NCBI GenBank assembly: GCA_041588495.1
Contig: JBFGWM010000002.1
Location: 1 to 39,069, forward strand
Direction of reading: 5' to 3'
DNA: 39,069 nucleotides
Source: Pseudomonadales bacterium
Lineage (GTDB): Bacteria > Pseudomonadota > Gammaproteobacteria > Pseudomonadales > JBFGWM01
Part shown: positions 1 to 8,496 of the stretch, piece after piece
How positions within the stretch are numbered: the stretch's first letter is position 1
Layout: each line of letters begins with the position of its first letter
Made by a program: the position numbers and the translations under genes
The notes under the pieces: model-generated
Databases searched by the model: none
What the model saw: only the letters and a program-made list of their open reading frames with translations
Told to the model about the DNA's origin: nothing

Positions 1-398
1 ACGAGCTCCTGGCCCGGATAGCAGCCCTTCGTGAAGCTGACGGCAACACCGGCCAGCCCGACCCCTCCGGGAATGGTCTCGCCCGGCACGATCTCGGCAC
101 CGAGCCGGGGCCAGCCGATCTCGATCCGCCGCCGCTCCACAGCGGGGTCGAGCTGCGCCGGCGGCGCTTCCACGAGTGACGTCTCGGCGGCGACCCGGAT
201 CCGGAACCGGTCGAGTCGAGCAAGCAGCGCCGCGCCGTACCCCGCATCGGTGTCGAGCTCGAACCGGTCGTCGGCGACGCGGGAGACCCGCGCCAGGGAC
301 TCGATCTTCCCGGTCGGGTCGAGGACGAAGGTCCACGCTCGGTCACCGACCTGAATCGCGGTCAGGTCCTGCGAGACCTGGGAGTGGAGATAGGACAT
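1..398 (-). CDS. YgfZ/GcvT-type folate-binding protein, fragment (3' end runs off the window; 5' end appears truncated)
   Basis: The minus frame is open to the window edge. It reads MSYLHSQVSQDLTAIQVGDRAWTFVLDPTGKIESLARV...GVAVSFTKGCYPGQEL. KGCYxGQE is the YgfZ family signature, and GPDA..YLHSQ is the usual N-terminal block. The ATG at 398-396 lies inside the homology: upstream DDLDTLIGPRDVVVVDGPDA still looks YgfZ-like. The frame then hits TGA at 491-489 with no ATG/GTG/TTG in between. The ORF track omits it because it is open-ended. Confidence 0.55.
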   Translation of the reverse strand, partial: MSYLHSQVSQDLTAIQVGDRAWTFVLDPTGKIESLARVSRVADDRFELDTDAGYGAALLARLDRFRIRVAAETSLVEAPPAQLDPAVERRRIEIGWPRLGAEIVPGETIPGGVGLAGVAVSFTKGCYPGQEL

Positions 399-457
399 CG
401 CGTCCGGGCCGTCGACGACGACGACGTCGCGCGGGCCGATGAGCGTGTCGAGATCGT

Positions 458-715
458 CGGGCGCAATGGGCCGCGACCCATACCAACTTCATCTATCATC
501 CCGTGGTGAGTGCGCCGGATGCCGAGATCCCCTATGGCGGCAGGCCGGGACTGGTCCACGAGGCCGTCCTGTCCGATTTCGATGACCTCTCCGGGCACCT
601 GGTGATCGCCAGCGGCTCGCCGGCAATGGTGTACGCGGCATACGATGCATTCATCGACAAGGGCGTCAGCCGCGACAACTTTCACTCCGACGTGTTCGAT
701 TATGCGCCGCGCTGA
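458..715 (+). pseudogene. C-terminal ~85-aa remnant of a Fre / CDP-6-deoxy-delta-3,4-glucoseen reductase-like flavin reductase
   Basis: The translation ..QWAATHTNFIYHPVVSAPDAEIPYGGRPGLVHEAVLSDFDDLSGHLVIASGSPAMVYAAYDAFIDKGVSRDNFHSDVFDYAPR matches only the NAD-binding C-terminus of the ferredoxin-NADP-reductase-type family, which is normally 230-340 aa. There is an in-frame TGA at 440-442. The FAD-binding N-terminal part is missing. Confidence 0.55.
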
Positions 716-744
716 ACGCACGCTCTGGGCTGCCTGAGCCGCGG

Positions 745-1731
745 ATGGATTGCGGGATGAGCCGCTCGATACTTTTTATCACCAAGAACCCCAACGACGC
801 CGCGGCCCGTTACCGCGCAAAGTACCTGTTCGATGCGATGGGCGAACGCGGGTGGACCGTGCGCCATGTGGCTTGTTCGGAACCCTGGGCGCGCCTGCGG
901 ATTCTGCTTGCCGCGAGCCGCTCGGATATCACGTTCGTGCAGCGCAAGCTGTTCGATCCCGCCTTCGCCGCCTTGTTACGCATGGTCAGCCGGCGGCTGG
1001 TGTTCGACTTCGACGATGCGATCTTCGTGAAGAGCAGCGGCAAGCCGTCGGCACGCCGGGCGGCACGGTTTCGCGGGGCGGTTGAGAAAGCCGACCTGGT
1101 TCTCGCCGGTAACGGGTACCTGGCTGCCGAGGCGCATCGCTTCAGTGCCAACGTCGAAACCGTGCCCACCTGCGTACCGCTCGCGAAGTATCCCGACCCC
1201 GGCGAGCGCCCGGCGCAGGGCGACTGGCTGGTATGGATCGGTAGTCGCTCGACCAGCAAGTACCTGAAGTACGGTCACGAGGCCTTCACCGCCATTGCGC
1301 AGCGTTGCCCGGATGCCCGTCTCAGGGTGATCGGCGACTTCGAATGGTCCCACCCGGACCTGGAAGTGGAGTCGGTCCCGTGGTCCGAGGCGATCGAACA
1401 ACCCCGGCTGGCGGCGTCGGGCATCGGAGTCGCGCCCATGCCCGACAACCCCTGGACCCGCGGCAAGTGCGCCCTCAAGGTCCTGCAGTACATGGCCTGC
1501 GGCCTGCCGGTGGTGAGTTCCGCAACAGGCGCCAACGCCGAGGTGATCGAAGACGGCGTGACGGGATTCCTGGTGTCGACGCCCGCGGAATGGGCTGATG
1601 CAGTCGAGAAACTGCTTGCAAATCCGGACCTGCGCAGCACGATGGGCCACAGGGGACGCAACAGGCTCGCTGAACACTTTTCGACGGAACGAACAGCGCC
1701 ACGTGTCGCCGGTCTACTCGAGGAACTGTGA
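745..1731 (+). CDS. Glycosyltransferase, GT4 / glycosyl transferases group 1
   Basis: 328-aa ORF. The C-terminal block GKCALKVLQYMACGLPVVSSATGANAEVIEDGVTGFLV is the typical GT-B group-1 nucleotide-sugar binding motif (E-x7-E region). It lies next to an LPS-core cluster. Confidence 0.85.
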   Translation: MDCGMSRSILFITKNPNDAAARYRAKYLFDAMGERGWTVRHVACSEPWARLRILLAASRSDITFVQRKLFDPAFAALLRMVSRRLVFDFDDAIFVKSSGKPSARRAARFRGAVEKADLVLAGNGYLAAEAHRFSANVETVPTCVPLAKYPDPGERPAQGDWLVWIGSRSTSKYLKYGHEAFTAIAQRCPDARLRVIGDFEWSHPDLEVESVPWSEAIEQPRLAASGIGVAPMPDNPWTRGKCALKVLQYMACGLPVVSSATGANAEVIEDGVTGFLVSTPAEWADAVEKLLANPDLRSTMGHRGRNRLAEHFSTERTAPRVAGLLEEL

Positions 1732-1754
1732 TACCCGATCAACCGGCGCCTGGA

Positions 1755-2768
1755 TCAGGTTTCAGTCTTCCGGTAGATCGCGAAGATTTCATCTCCGCGA
1801 CCGGGCATCAGTGATGCCAGCAGAACGTATATCCGGGCAATCATGCGGTGCAGGGTTTTCTTCCGGGACGCCTTTCCCCGGTTCCCGGTTCTATAGTCCC
1901 AACTATTCAGTATGAACTTGGGCGAGGTGAATGTTCTCACCGTGACACGCTCGAATCCGGCATTTCGGAGGAGCAGGTCCAGATTTGCTGGAGAGTACAG
2001 GACGAGGTGTCGCGGCACCTCGTCCGGAAACCAGTTGGCCCCGAAAAAGCCTCGCGCAAGCGCGCGACTGTTCGGTGTACGGATCACGAATGCGGCCCCC
2101 TGCCTCAGAAGACGACGCACGTTGGCCACGAAAACCGTCGGATCGGGCACGTGTTCAATCAGGTGACGAGCAGACACGAGATCGAAGGAGCCCGGCGCGA
2201 AGGCTTCGTCGGTCAGCGTGCCCTGGCGTACGGGAATCCCGGCTTCGTTCGCCGCACGCACCGCATCCGCGCTGAAATCGAGTCCCTCGGCGCGCCAGCC
2301 CAGTTGGCCGAGCGTGCGTACGAACTTACCGTTCCCGCATCCCACGTCCAGCGCGCGCCCGTTCTCGCAGTATGGAACCGAGTCCCTGTACCGAAACAGG
2401 CCGAGCACCAGGCCCAGGGCAAGAGTCAGAAAATTGCGCGGCGGCAGGCGGTATCCGTACCACGCGTTGAGCACTGCACGCTCGGGAAGAGAACGCTGCT
2501 TCAATTTCCCCGGTGGATCGTACGCGTCGTATTCGGAAGGGTAGAACGAGGCAATCTTTTCGCCATCGGGCATCGGTGTCTGGTAGAAGGCACCACACGC
2601 GGCGCAGCTCGCATAGGTATAAATTTCCTGCAGATCGAACTGCAGGTCCCGCCGATTGCTTGCAAATTTTCCCTCACCGCCGCAAACCGGACACGCTTCA
2701 ATGTCCCGTGCCACATCGCGGGCGTCGGAGCCCACCGGCGGCTGATCCTGTGCAGGCATACCTGTCAT
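1755..2768 (-). CDS. Class I SAM-dependent methyltransferase with N-terminal 4-Cys zinc ribbon
   Basis: SAM motif I is LDVGCGNGKF, followed by FDLVSARHLIEHVPDP. The N-terminus has CPVCGG..(x)..CAACGAFY. The start is set at ATG 2768-2766, which forms an ATGA overlap with the carbamoyltransferase stop (2765-2767). The 500-aa ORF in the track (to 3257) is an upstream extension running through the neighbouring gene. Confidence 0.8.
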   Translation of the reverse strand: MTGMPAQDQPPVGSDARDVARDIEACPVCGGEGKFASNRRDLQFDLQEIYTYASCAACGAFYQTPMPDGEKIASFYPSEYDAYDPPGKLKQRSLPERAVLNAWYGYRLPPRNFLTLALGLVLGLFRYRDSVPYCENGRALDVGCGNGKFVRTLGQLGWRAEGLDFSADAVRAANEAGIPVRQGTLTDEAFAPGSFDLVSARHLIEHVPDPTVFVANVRRLLRQGAAFVIRTPNSRALARGFFGANWFPDEVPRHLVLYSPANLDLLLRNAGFERVTVRTFTSPKFILNSWDYRTGNRGKASRKKTLHRMIARIYVLLASLMPGRGDEIFAIYRKTET

Positions 2769-4507
2769 TCCGAAGTTTCCTTCTCCACCCACACATCCTC
2801 CATCACCAGGTAACGAAGGTCGGATCCGAAAAACATGTTCAGGGCATCCGTGGGTGAACAGACCATGGGCTCGCCACGCCGGTTCAGGGACGTGTTCAGC
2901 ACCACCGCGTTGCCCGTAAGCTTTTCCAGTTCCTCGATCATCTCGTAGTACCGCGGGTTCGTCTCCCGGCTGACGACCTGGGCGCGCGCGGTGCCGTCCT
3001 CGTGCACGACCTCCGGAATCCGCGCTTTCCAGTGCTCCGCCACGGCGAAGGTGAACGTCATGTAGGGCGCCGGGTGGTCGGTCTGCAGGATATCGGGCGC
3101 CACCCGGTCCAGCATGCTCGGACAGAAGGGCCGCCAGCGTTCGCGGAACTTGATCTGCTCGTTGATGCGGTCGGCGACGCCTTCCGCACTCGGACAACCG
3201 AGGATACTGCGCCCGCCCAGGGCGCGGGGGCCGAACTCCATGCGCCCCTGCAGCCACGCCACCGGGTTGCCACGGGCCAGGGTTTCCGCGGTGCGTGCGG
3301 GCACATCCTCAATGATCTTCCAACTGGGCTTCGAGGGATGCTGCTTGCACGCTTCGACGCACTGCGCGGTGGTATAACTGGGGCCCAGGTAGACATGGGT
3401 CATGGGCTCCACCTCGATGCCTTCCTGCATCGCCGCCCAGGACGCCGCACCCACCGCGGTGCCGGAATCGCCCGAGGCGGGCTGCACCCACAGTTCCTTC
3501 ACGTAGGGCAGGTCGATGATGCGCTGGTTCAGCTTGACGTTGAGTGCCCCGCCGCCGGAAAACACCAGGCGCCCGGTCTCCTCGAGGATCGGCCTCAGGT
3601 AATGATCAAGCAGGCCCAGGGAAATGTCCTCGTAGAATTTCTGCACTGATGCCGCGTAGTCGACGTAGGGCTCATCGGCCACGTCGCCGATACGGCGGGG
3701 CCCGAGCAGGTCGATCAGTCCCGGACCGAAGAAGAAGCCCTTGCCGTCCTCCTTGTAGCGCCGCAGGCCGACCGTGTTGACCAGCTTCGTGTTGACCCGG
3801 ATATCGCCGCCGCCCCGGTATTCACAGATCCGCGATATCTTGTCCATGTGGCGGTCGGGGTCGCCATAGGGCGCCATGCCCATGACCTTGTACTCGCCGT
3901 CAAGCATCTCGAATCCGAGATACTCGGTCATCGCCCCGTACATGCCCCCCAGGGAATCCGGGTCGTAGAACTCACGCAGTTTGTGGATGCGGCCATTCTC
4001 ACCGTATCCGAAAAAAGTCGTTGCGTATTCGCCCTTGCCATCGATACCGAGTATGGCGGTCTTTTCCTTGAAACCGCTCAGGTGATAACAACTGCTGGCG
4101 TGCGACAGGTGGTGCTCGACGGGAACGAACTTCACCCTGTCCCAGGGAATGCCCAGGATGCGGCAGGTCTCCTGTACCTTCGCGACATTGCGCCGGTAGC
4201 GGCGGTTACCGTTGAACAACGCGTCCAGGCCACGGTCCGGCGCGTACCAGTAGCGCATCGCGTAATGCCAGCGTGCCGGGGAACTGAGCGGGATCGGTGC
4301 GTAGGGAAAGGCCACGATGTCGACGTCTTCCGGGGCGACGCCCGCGAACTCGAGGCAGAATCGCGCGGATTCCACCGGGAGTTTCTTCTTCGCGTGCTTG
4401 TCGCGAATGAAGCGCTCCTCCTCCGCGGCCGCGGCCAGGCGACCACCAACATAAATCGCCGCCGAGGGATCATGATCCAGGGCGCCGGAGAGTCCGAGTA
4501 TGTTCAT
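2765..4507 (-). CDS. Carbamoyltransferase, NodU/CmcH family (PA5005-like LPS-core carbamoyltransferase)
   Basis: 580-aa ORF. The N-terminus MNILGLSGALDHDPSAAIYVGGRLAAAAEEERFIRDKH and the length are typical of NodU/CmcH carbamoyltransferases. Its position directly downstream of the LPS kinases mirrors Pseudomonas (from memory). Confidence 0.85.
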   Translation of the reverse strand: MNILGLSGALDHDPSAAIYVGGRLAAAAEEERFIRDKHAKKKLPVESARFCLEFAGVAPEDVDIVAFPYAPIPLSSPARWHYAMRYWYAPDRGLDALFNGNRRYRRNVAKVQETCRILGIPWDRVKFVPVEHHLSHASSCYHLSGFKEKTAILGIDGKGEYATTFFGYGENGRIHKLREFYDPDSLGGMYGAMTEYLGFEMLDGEYKVMGMAPYGDPDRHMDKISRICEYRGGGDIRVNTKLVNTVGLRRYKEDGKGFFFGPGLIDLLGPRRIGDVADEPYVDYAASVQKFYEDISLGLLDHYLRPILEETGRLVFSGGGALNVKLNQRIIDLPYVKELWVQPASGDSGTAVGAASWAAMQEGIEVEPMTHVYLGPSYTTAQCVEACKQHPSKPSWKIIEDVPARTAETLARGNPVAWLQGRMEFGPRALGGRSILGCPSAEGVADRINEQIKFRERWRPFCPSMLDRVAPDILQTDHPAPYMTFTFAVAEHWKARIPEVVHEDGTARAQVVSRETNPRYYEMIEELEKLTGNAVVLNTSLNRRGEPMVCSPTDALNMFFGSDLRYLVMEDVWVEKETSE

Positions 4508-4548
4508 TCAGGTGTTCCGTAACGGGTGGGCACGTTGCGAATGATACG

Positions 4549-6030
4549 TCAGTCGGCGAGCCTTGCGCGCAACCGCTCCACCAGCGGGTCGAACAGGGCC
4601 TTCGCGTCAGGAACCTTCTCCCAGTTTTTCATGAACCGGTCCAGGTCCTTGTTGAAGGCCTTGCGGAACGAACCCCGGGACCGGTGCTGCCGCATGGCAT
4701 CGAGATCGATGAGCGTCGGGCCGCTGTCCGGAACCAGCAGGTTGGTCGCCTTGAGGTCGCCGTGACTGATGCTCGCAGCGTACAAGCCCTCAAGGATGTC
4801 GGCAAGTTGCCGGGCAAAGGGCCCGGCATCGGGCAGGGTGTCGAGATCGCCGGAGAAATACTGCAGGGCGTGGGGCCCGCTGACCGCCTCGGTGAGCAGG
4901 AAGGCGCGCGAACGCAGCGGACCATAGCGTTCCTCCACCAATGCCACCGGACGCGGGGTCGGGATTCCCAGGAACAGGAGCATGTGCCCGTTGCGCCAGG
5001 ACTTCCAGCCGCGGGTCACCTGGAACGCGCGCTGCAGTCCGTGCCAGGTACCCTTGATGTTGTACCGCTTCAGCACCAGGCTGCGGCCATCGACCTCGAC
5101 CAGGCCCACGGTCGCGGTGTTGCCCTCCTTGAGCAGGCCCTCGCCGAACAGGTAGCGGTCGGGATTGTCCAGCACCTCGCGCAGTTCCGCGGTGTCGTCC
5201 CTGCGATCGCAGACCGTGAAACGGCGCCAGCTGCGCCGCACGGCGAAGGCAGTACAGTCGCGAAAGATCTTGCCCATGAAATGTTTCTGCCGAAACCCGC
5301 GCTGACGATGCACTTCGGCCAGCACCTGCGGGACATCGACACCATCCAGACCCTGGCCACGGGCCTGCAGGTAGTACTCGTATCCCTGGGGCACCATGCG
5401 TTCGAAACAGGGATACAACTGTGCGAAAAAAAGTCCCAGGTTGGCCAGGGACTGCTGCGCGGGCAATGGCCGGCCGGCATTGCCCGCGTCCACGTCGGCG
5501 CCGTCGATGCAATACAGGGCATCCCGGCACAGCAGGAAATTATCGAGATGAATGTCGTGCTGGACAAGGCCCGCGCGATGCATGGCGCCGATCGTCGAAA
5601 GCGCCTGGCGCAACACCGCCATGTGATCGGGATCGGTGGAAGCGGCATCCCACTGTGCCGCGAGGCTGTCGGCATTTTGCAGGTATTCGAACAGGATGAA
5701 CTCGCCACCGTCGGCCAGGGCCCCGGCGCCGAGAATCTCCGGGGTGCGGATGCCTGCATCGAGTAGAGCCCGGACCCCCGACTCCTCCCGGGACCGGTGG
5801 CGGGCCGCCGCGGAGGAATCAACAAACAACTTGGCAAGCACCTCGCGGCCGTTCCATTCGGCGCGCGCGACCACGCGCTTGCCCGGCAACAGGCGAAACA
5901 CCTCGTGACAGACCAGGTTTTCCTTGTCCGCCCCGGACAGCAGGCCGATCCCGAATGGCACCGGCAGGTCGCGGCCGGCGCCGGCCAGTTGCGCTGCCGT
6001 CACCGTGTTGATGGAGTCAGGTCTCTCCAC
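4549..6030 (-). CDS. Tandem-domain lipopolysaccharide kinase (Kdo/WaaP/InaA family), PA5006-like
   Basis: 493 aa with two kinase-like halves. Catalytic-loop motifs are HDIHLDNFLL in the N-terminal half and HGDLKATNLLV followed by LIDLDAM in the C-terminal half. Confidence 0.8.
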   Translation of the reverse strand: MERPDSINTVTAAQLAGAGRDLPVPFGIGLLSGADKENLVCHEVFRLLPGKRVVARAEWNGREVLAKLFVDSSAAARHRSREESGVRALLDAGIRTPEILGAGALADGGEFILFEYLQNADSLAAQWDAASTDPDHMAVLRQALSTIGAMHRAGLVQHDIHLDNFLLCRDALYCIDGADVDAGNAGRPLPAQQSLANLGLFFAQLYPCFERMVPQGYEYYLQARGQGLDGVDVPQVLAEVHRQRGFRQKHFMGKIFRDCTAFAVRRSWRRFTVCDRRDDTAELREVLDNPDRYLFGEGLLKEGNTATVGLVEVDGRSLVLKRYNIKGTWHGLQRAFQVTRGWKSWRNGHMLLFLGIPTPRPVALVEERYGPLRSRAFLLTEAVSGPHALQYFSGDLDTLPDAGPFARQLADILEGLYAASISHGDLKATNLLVPDSGPTLIDLDAMRQHRSRGSFRKAFNKDLDRFMKNWEKVPDAKALFDPLVERLRARLAD

Positions 6031-6042
6031 GCAACGAACCTC

Positions 6043-6804
6043 CTAGCGTTTGCTCGCGCGCATGGCGAGCCGTCGGCAAAACCTGCGCTGCCCGGCATCC
6101 AGGCGGCGCGTACCGAGGTAATAATGCAGGAAGCGCAGGCGGTCCGCACGTGACCAGTGCCGGGCGCGACGGTTCAGGGAATCGAGATCGCGCAAGCGGA
6201 ACCGCTTGCCGAACCGGTGTCGGCGCGCCTTCTCGAGATCGATGAAGTGAATCTCCGGCCGGCCGGCTGCCACGCGCAGGAAGAGGTACTTCGGATACAG
6301 GCAGCGGTGCTCGAGGCGCGCCTCGTGCATGCGCGCCACGAGCTCCGCGGCGTGACGCAGGATCGCCAGGCGCAGGTCGCGGGACAGGACGAGGCCGTCC
6401 AGCCCAAGCTCCGCGACACGGTCCAGGGGCTCGAAACCGGCCAGTTCCGCGGTAACCAGCACTGCATGGGTATCGTCGTGAATGCGCCTGGACCCGAAGA
6501 AAACCACGTCCATGTTGGGCAGCCCGGCGGCATCAAAGCGGCGGATGTTGCGAAACTCCCAGGCCAGTGTGGGCTCACCACGGAACGGGTGCCACAGGGT
6601 GCGCCGCACGTAATTGCACTGGCGCTTCACGTAGACGGCGCGGTCCGATCCGGGAATCTCCAGGCGTCCGACCTCGCTCCAGCCGTTACCGCGACGATTC
6701 GGAGCGTCGACAAGCTCCAGGTCATGGGCCCAGAACGCATCGAAGTCGACAATCCCGGCCGCCTCAAGCCGCGGCCGCCAGTCCTCGGCCAGGTAGGTTC
6801 CCAC
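6043..6804 (-). CDS. LPS kinase family paralog with atypical catalytic loop (HRC instead of HRD)
   Basis: Family blocks AVYVKRQ (Lys), LVTAEL, HRCLYPKYLFL and FIDLEKARR are present. The start is placed at GTG 6804-6802, 4 nt after the stop of the upstream gene. The track ORF to 6957 would overlap that gene by 150 nt. Confidence 0.7.
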   Translation of the reverse strand: MGTYLAEDWRPRLEAAGIVDFDAFWAHDLELVDAPNRRGNGWSEVGRLEIPGSDRAVYVKRQCNYVRRTLWHPFRGEPTLAWEFRNIRRFDAAGLPNMDVVFFGSRRIHDDTHAVLVTAELAGFEPLDRVAELGLDGLVLSRDLRLAILRHAAELVARMHEARLEHRCLYPKYLFLRVAAGRPEIHFIDLEKARRHRFGKRFRLRDLDSLNRRARHWSRADRLRFLHYYLGTRRLDAGQRRFCRRLAMRASKR

Positions 6805-6808
6805 GGCC

Positions 6809-7570
6809 CTATTCCCTGCCTTCGAAAAAGGCCAGGATCTTCCTGATGCGCTTGCGATCCTCGTCCCGCAACCGGTCAATGCCCGTGTAACGCAAGTAGA
6901 AATAAAGCCGGTCACCGCGCGGCAGCTGGTATTTTGCGACCTTGTCGAGACACGCAAGATCCTTGATGACCCCGCGCCCGAGCATGGCCCCGGGAACCTT
7001 GCGTCCCGACGGGCAATCGATGAAATACACCTTCGGCTCGCCCTCGACGGTGACCATGATATTGCGCCACTTCAGGTCCGTGTGCACGAACCCGTGATCG
7101 TGCAGGCGCCGCGCATACTCCGCAACCTGGTCGGCGACCCTGCGCACCCAGCGCCTGTCGCGCAGGCCTGGAAATTCTTTCTCTGCGAGGTTCGCCAGGT
7201 CATCGGTCCCGCGCAACTCCTCGGTGATGAGGGCGCCACGGTGAAACTTGCCACCACGGTATTCCTGTCCGTAGGCGACGACTGGCGCGGTGGGCACGCC
7301 GACATCCTCGAAGAACAGCAGGTTCTCCCACTCCCCCCGGATCCGGGTACGGCCCACGTAGCGACGCAGGTTCTTGCCCGCCTCCCAGTAGGTCTTCACG
7401 AAATAGCGCCGGTCGCCCGCAGTCACCCGGATCACGCGGCTGATGGGGTCGGTCGCCATGACGTCGCCCTCCAGCGCAAACACCCGGTCGAGATCGGCGA
7501 AGGCTTCCGCTGCCGGTGTGTTGGCAAACCTGTCGGTGACGCGCCAGTCCCTGCTCATGGAATCGTGCAC
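6809..7570 (-). CDS. LPS kinase family protein (WapP/PA5008-like)
   Basis: 253 aa with YFVKTY (Lys), LITEEL, HDHGFVHTDLKWRNIMV and YFIDCPSG. GTG 7570 directly abuts the waaP stop. An alternative ATG lies at 7558. Confidence 0.8.
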   Translation of the reverse strand: MHDSMSRDWRVTDRFANTPAAEAFADLDRVFALEGDVMATDPISRVIRVTAGDRRYFVKTYWEAGKNLRRYVGRTRIRGEWENLLFFEDVGVPTAPVVAYGQEYRGGKFHRGALITEELRGTDDLANLAEKEFPGLRDRRWVRRVADQVAEYARRLHDHGFVHTDLKWRNIMVTVEGEPKVYFIDCPSGRKVPGAMLGRGVIKDLACLDKVAKYQLPRGDRLYFYLRYTGIDRLRDEDRKRIRKILAFFEGRE

Positions 7571-8401
7571 TCAGGCGCCGATGCGCACGGGGAGGGTCGG
7601 TTCACGGTCAAACTGTTTCCGGTACAGCTCGATGCCCCTTTTCTCCACCGCCAGCCAGAAATCGCGATCCCGGGCCAACGTCTCGCGCAGCCCGCAGTCG
7701 CGGTACACCTTCATGAAGCGGTACAGGTCACGGGAAGTCAGGCCGATGTCCATGGCCGAAAAATACAGGCCGCCAATATCCTTCACCAGCCAGCGGCGCG
7801 GCGTGGCCTCCCGCATCTGCGCGCGGTGCAGGTCGATCATCGACAGGCGGAAATCCTGCGGATCGACCTTGTCCCAGCCCCCGGAGACGTCGAGCAGGAA
7901 ATGGCAGATGTAATAATCCCGGTGATTGATACCGTGCTCGTGCATCTGCCGGCTCATCCACGCAACGCGGTCGATCAGCGCCTTCTTCAGGGCGAACGGC
8001 GGTCGCTTGACGTTCCAGTCGCGGCAGTAATCCTCCAGGCTCTCGGTCTGGTCCAGTTCCTCGGTGACAATAAACGAATGTTGGTTGGCGGGGTTCGCGC
8101 CACGCACTCCGAACGCCACCGGGGTCATGGTTTCCACGCCCAACTGGGTCAGTCTGCGCAGGGCGAGCCATTCATTGGTCGCACCCAGTACCGGCAGGCG
8201 GAACAACAGCAGGTTCTTGAGGATCTCCCGCCACCCGACACCGCGGTGAATCTTCGCGAAATAGCCCCGGCCGTTGAGTTCGAAGCGCAGCGTCTTGCGG
8301 GCCTCCAGCGCGCGGTACACCTTGCCCTCGAGCGCTTCCACGGCCTCGAACGGATCCTGGCCGGCCCAGGCGCGTTCAAACTCGGGGTTCAGGTAAAGCA
8401 T
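7571..8401 (-). CDS. waaP: LPS core heptose(I) kinase WaaP (RfaP)
   Basis: MLYLNPEFERAW..RGYFAKIHRGVGWREILKNLL..FIVTEEL..HEHGINHRDYYICHFLLD is a close WaaP pattern. The start is set at ATG 8401. The upstream 55 codons of the track ORF (MARGRNAAGGNG..) are low-complexity and are treated as non-coding. Confidence 0.9.
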   Translation of the reverse strand: MLYLNPEFERAWAGQDPFEAVEALEGKVYRALEARKTLRFELNGRGYFAKIHRGVGWREILKNLLLFRLPVLGATNEWLALRRLTQLGVETMTPVAFGVRGANPANQHSFIVTEELDQTESLEDYCRDWNVKRPPFALKKALIDRVAWMSRQMHEHGINHRDYYICHFLLDVSGGWDKVDPQDFRLSMIDLHRAQMREATPRRWLVKDIGGLYFSAMDIGLTSRDLYRFMKVYRDCGLRETLARDRDFWLAVEKRGIELYRKQFDREPTLPVRIGA

Positions 8402-8496
8402 CTGTTCAGACCCGGATTCACGGAGGGAGTCATGGTTCGTACCGGCAGTACGGGCGGCAGCGGTCCATCGCACAACATGCATGCCGCCACCATGGT

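Noticed and set aside
31-442. Plus-strand ORFs 31-354 (107 aa) and 176-442 (88 aa).
   Set aside because: They are Arg/Ser/Pro-rich shadow frames opposite the YgfZ-like reading frame, which carries a real family signature.
2769-3257. N-terminal extensions of track ORFs: methyltransferase to 3257, waaP to 8566, waaF to 10743, the kinase paralog to 6957, the deaminase to 17448, DUF47 from 21496, pit from 22181, the oxygenase from 31170 and the thiolase from 32540.
   Set aside because: The extensions overlap neighbouring genes or promoters, are low-complexity, and precede residues that align with family N-termini. Internal starts with SD-like sequences or 4-nt stop/start overlaps fit better.
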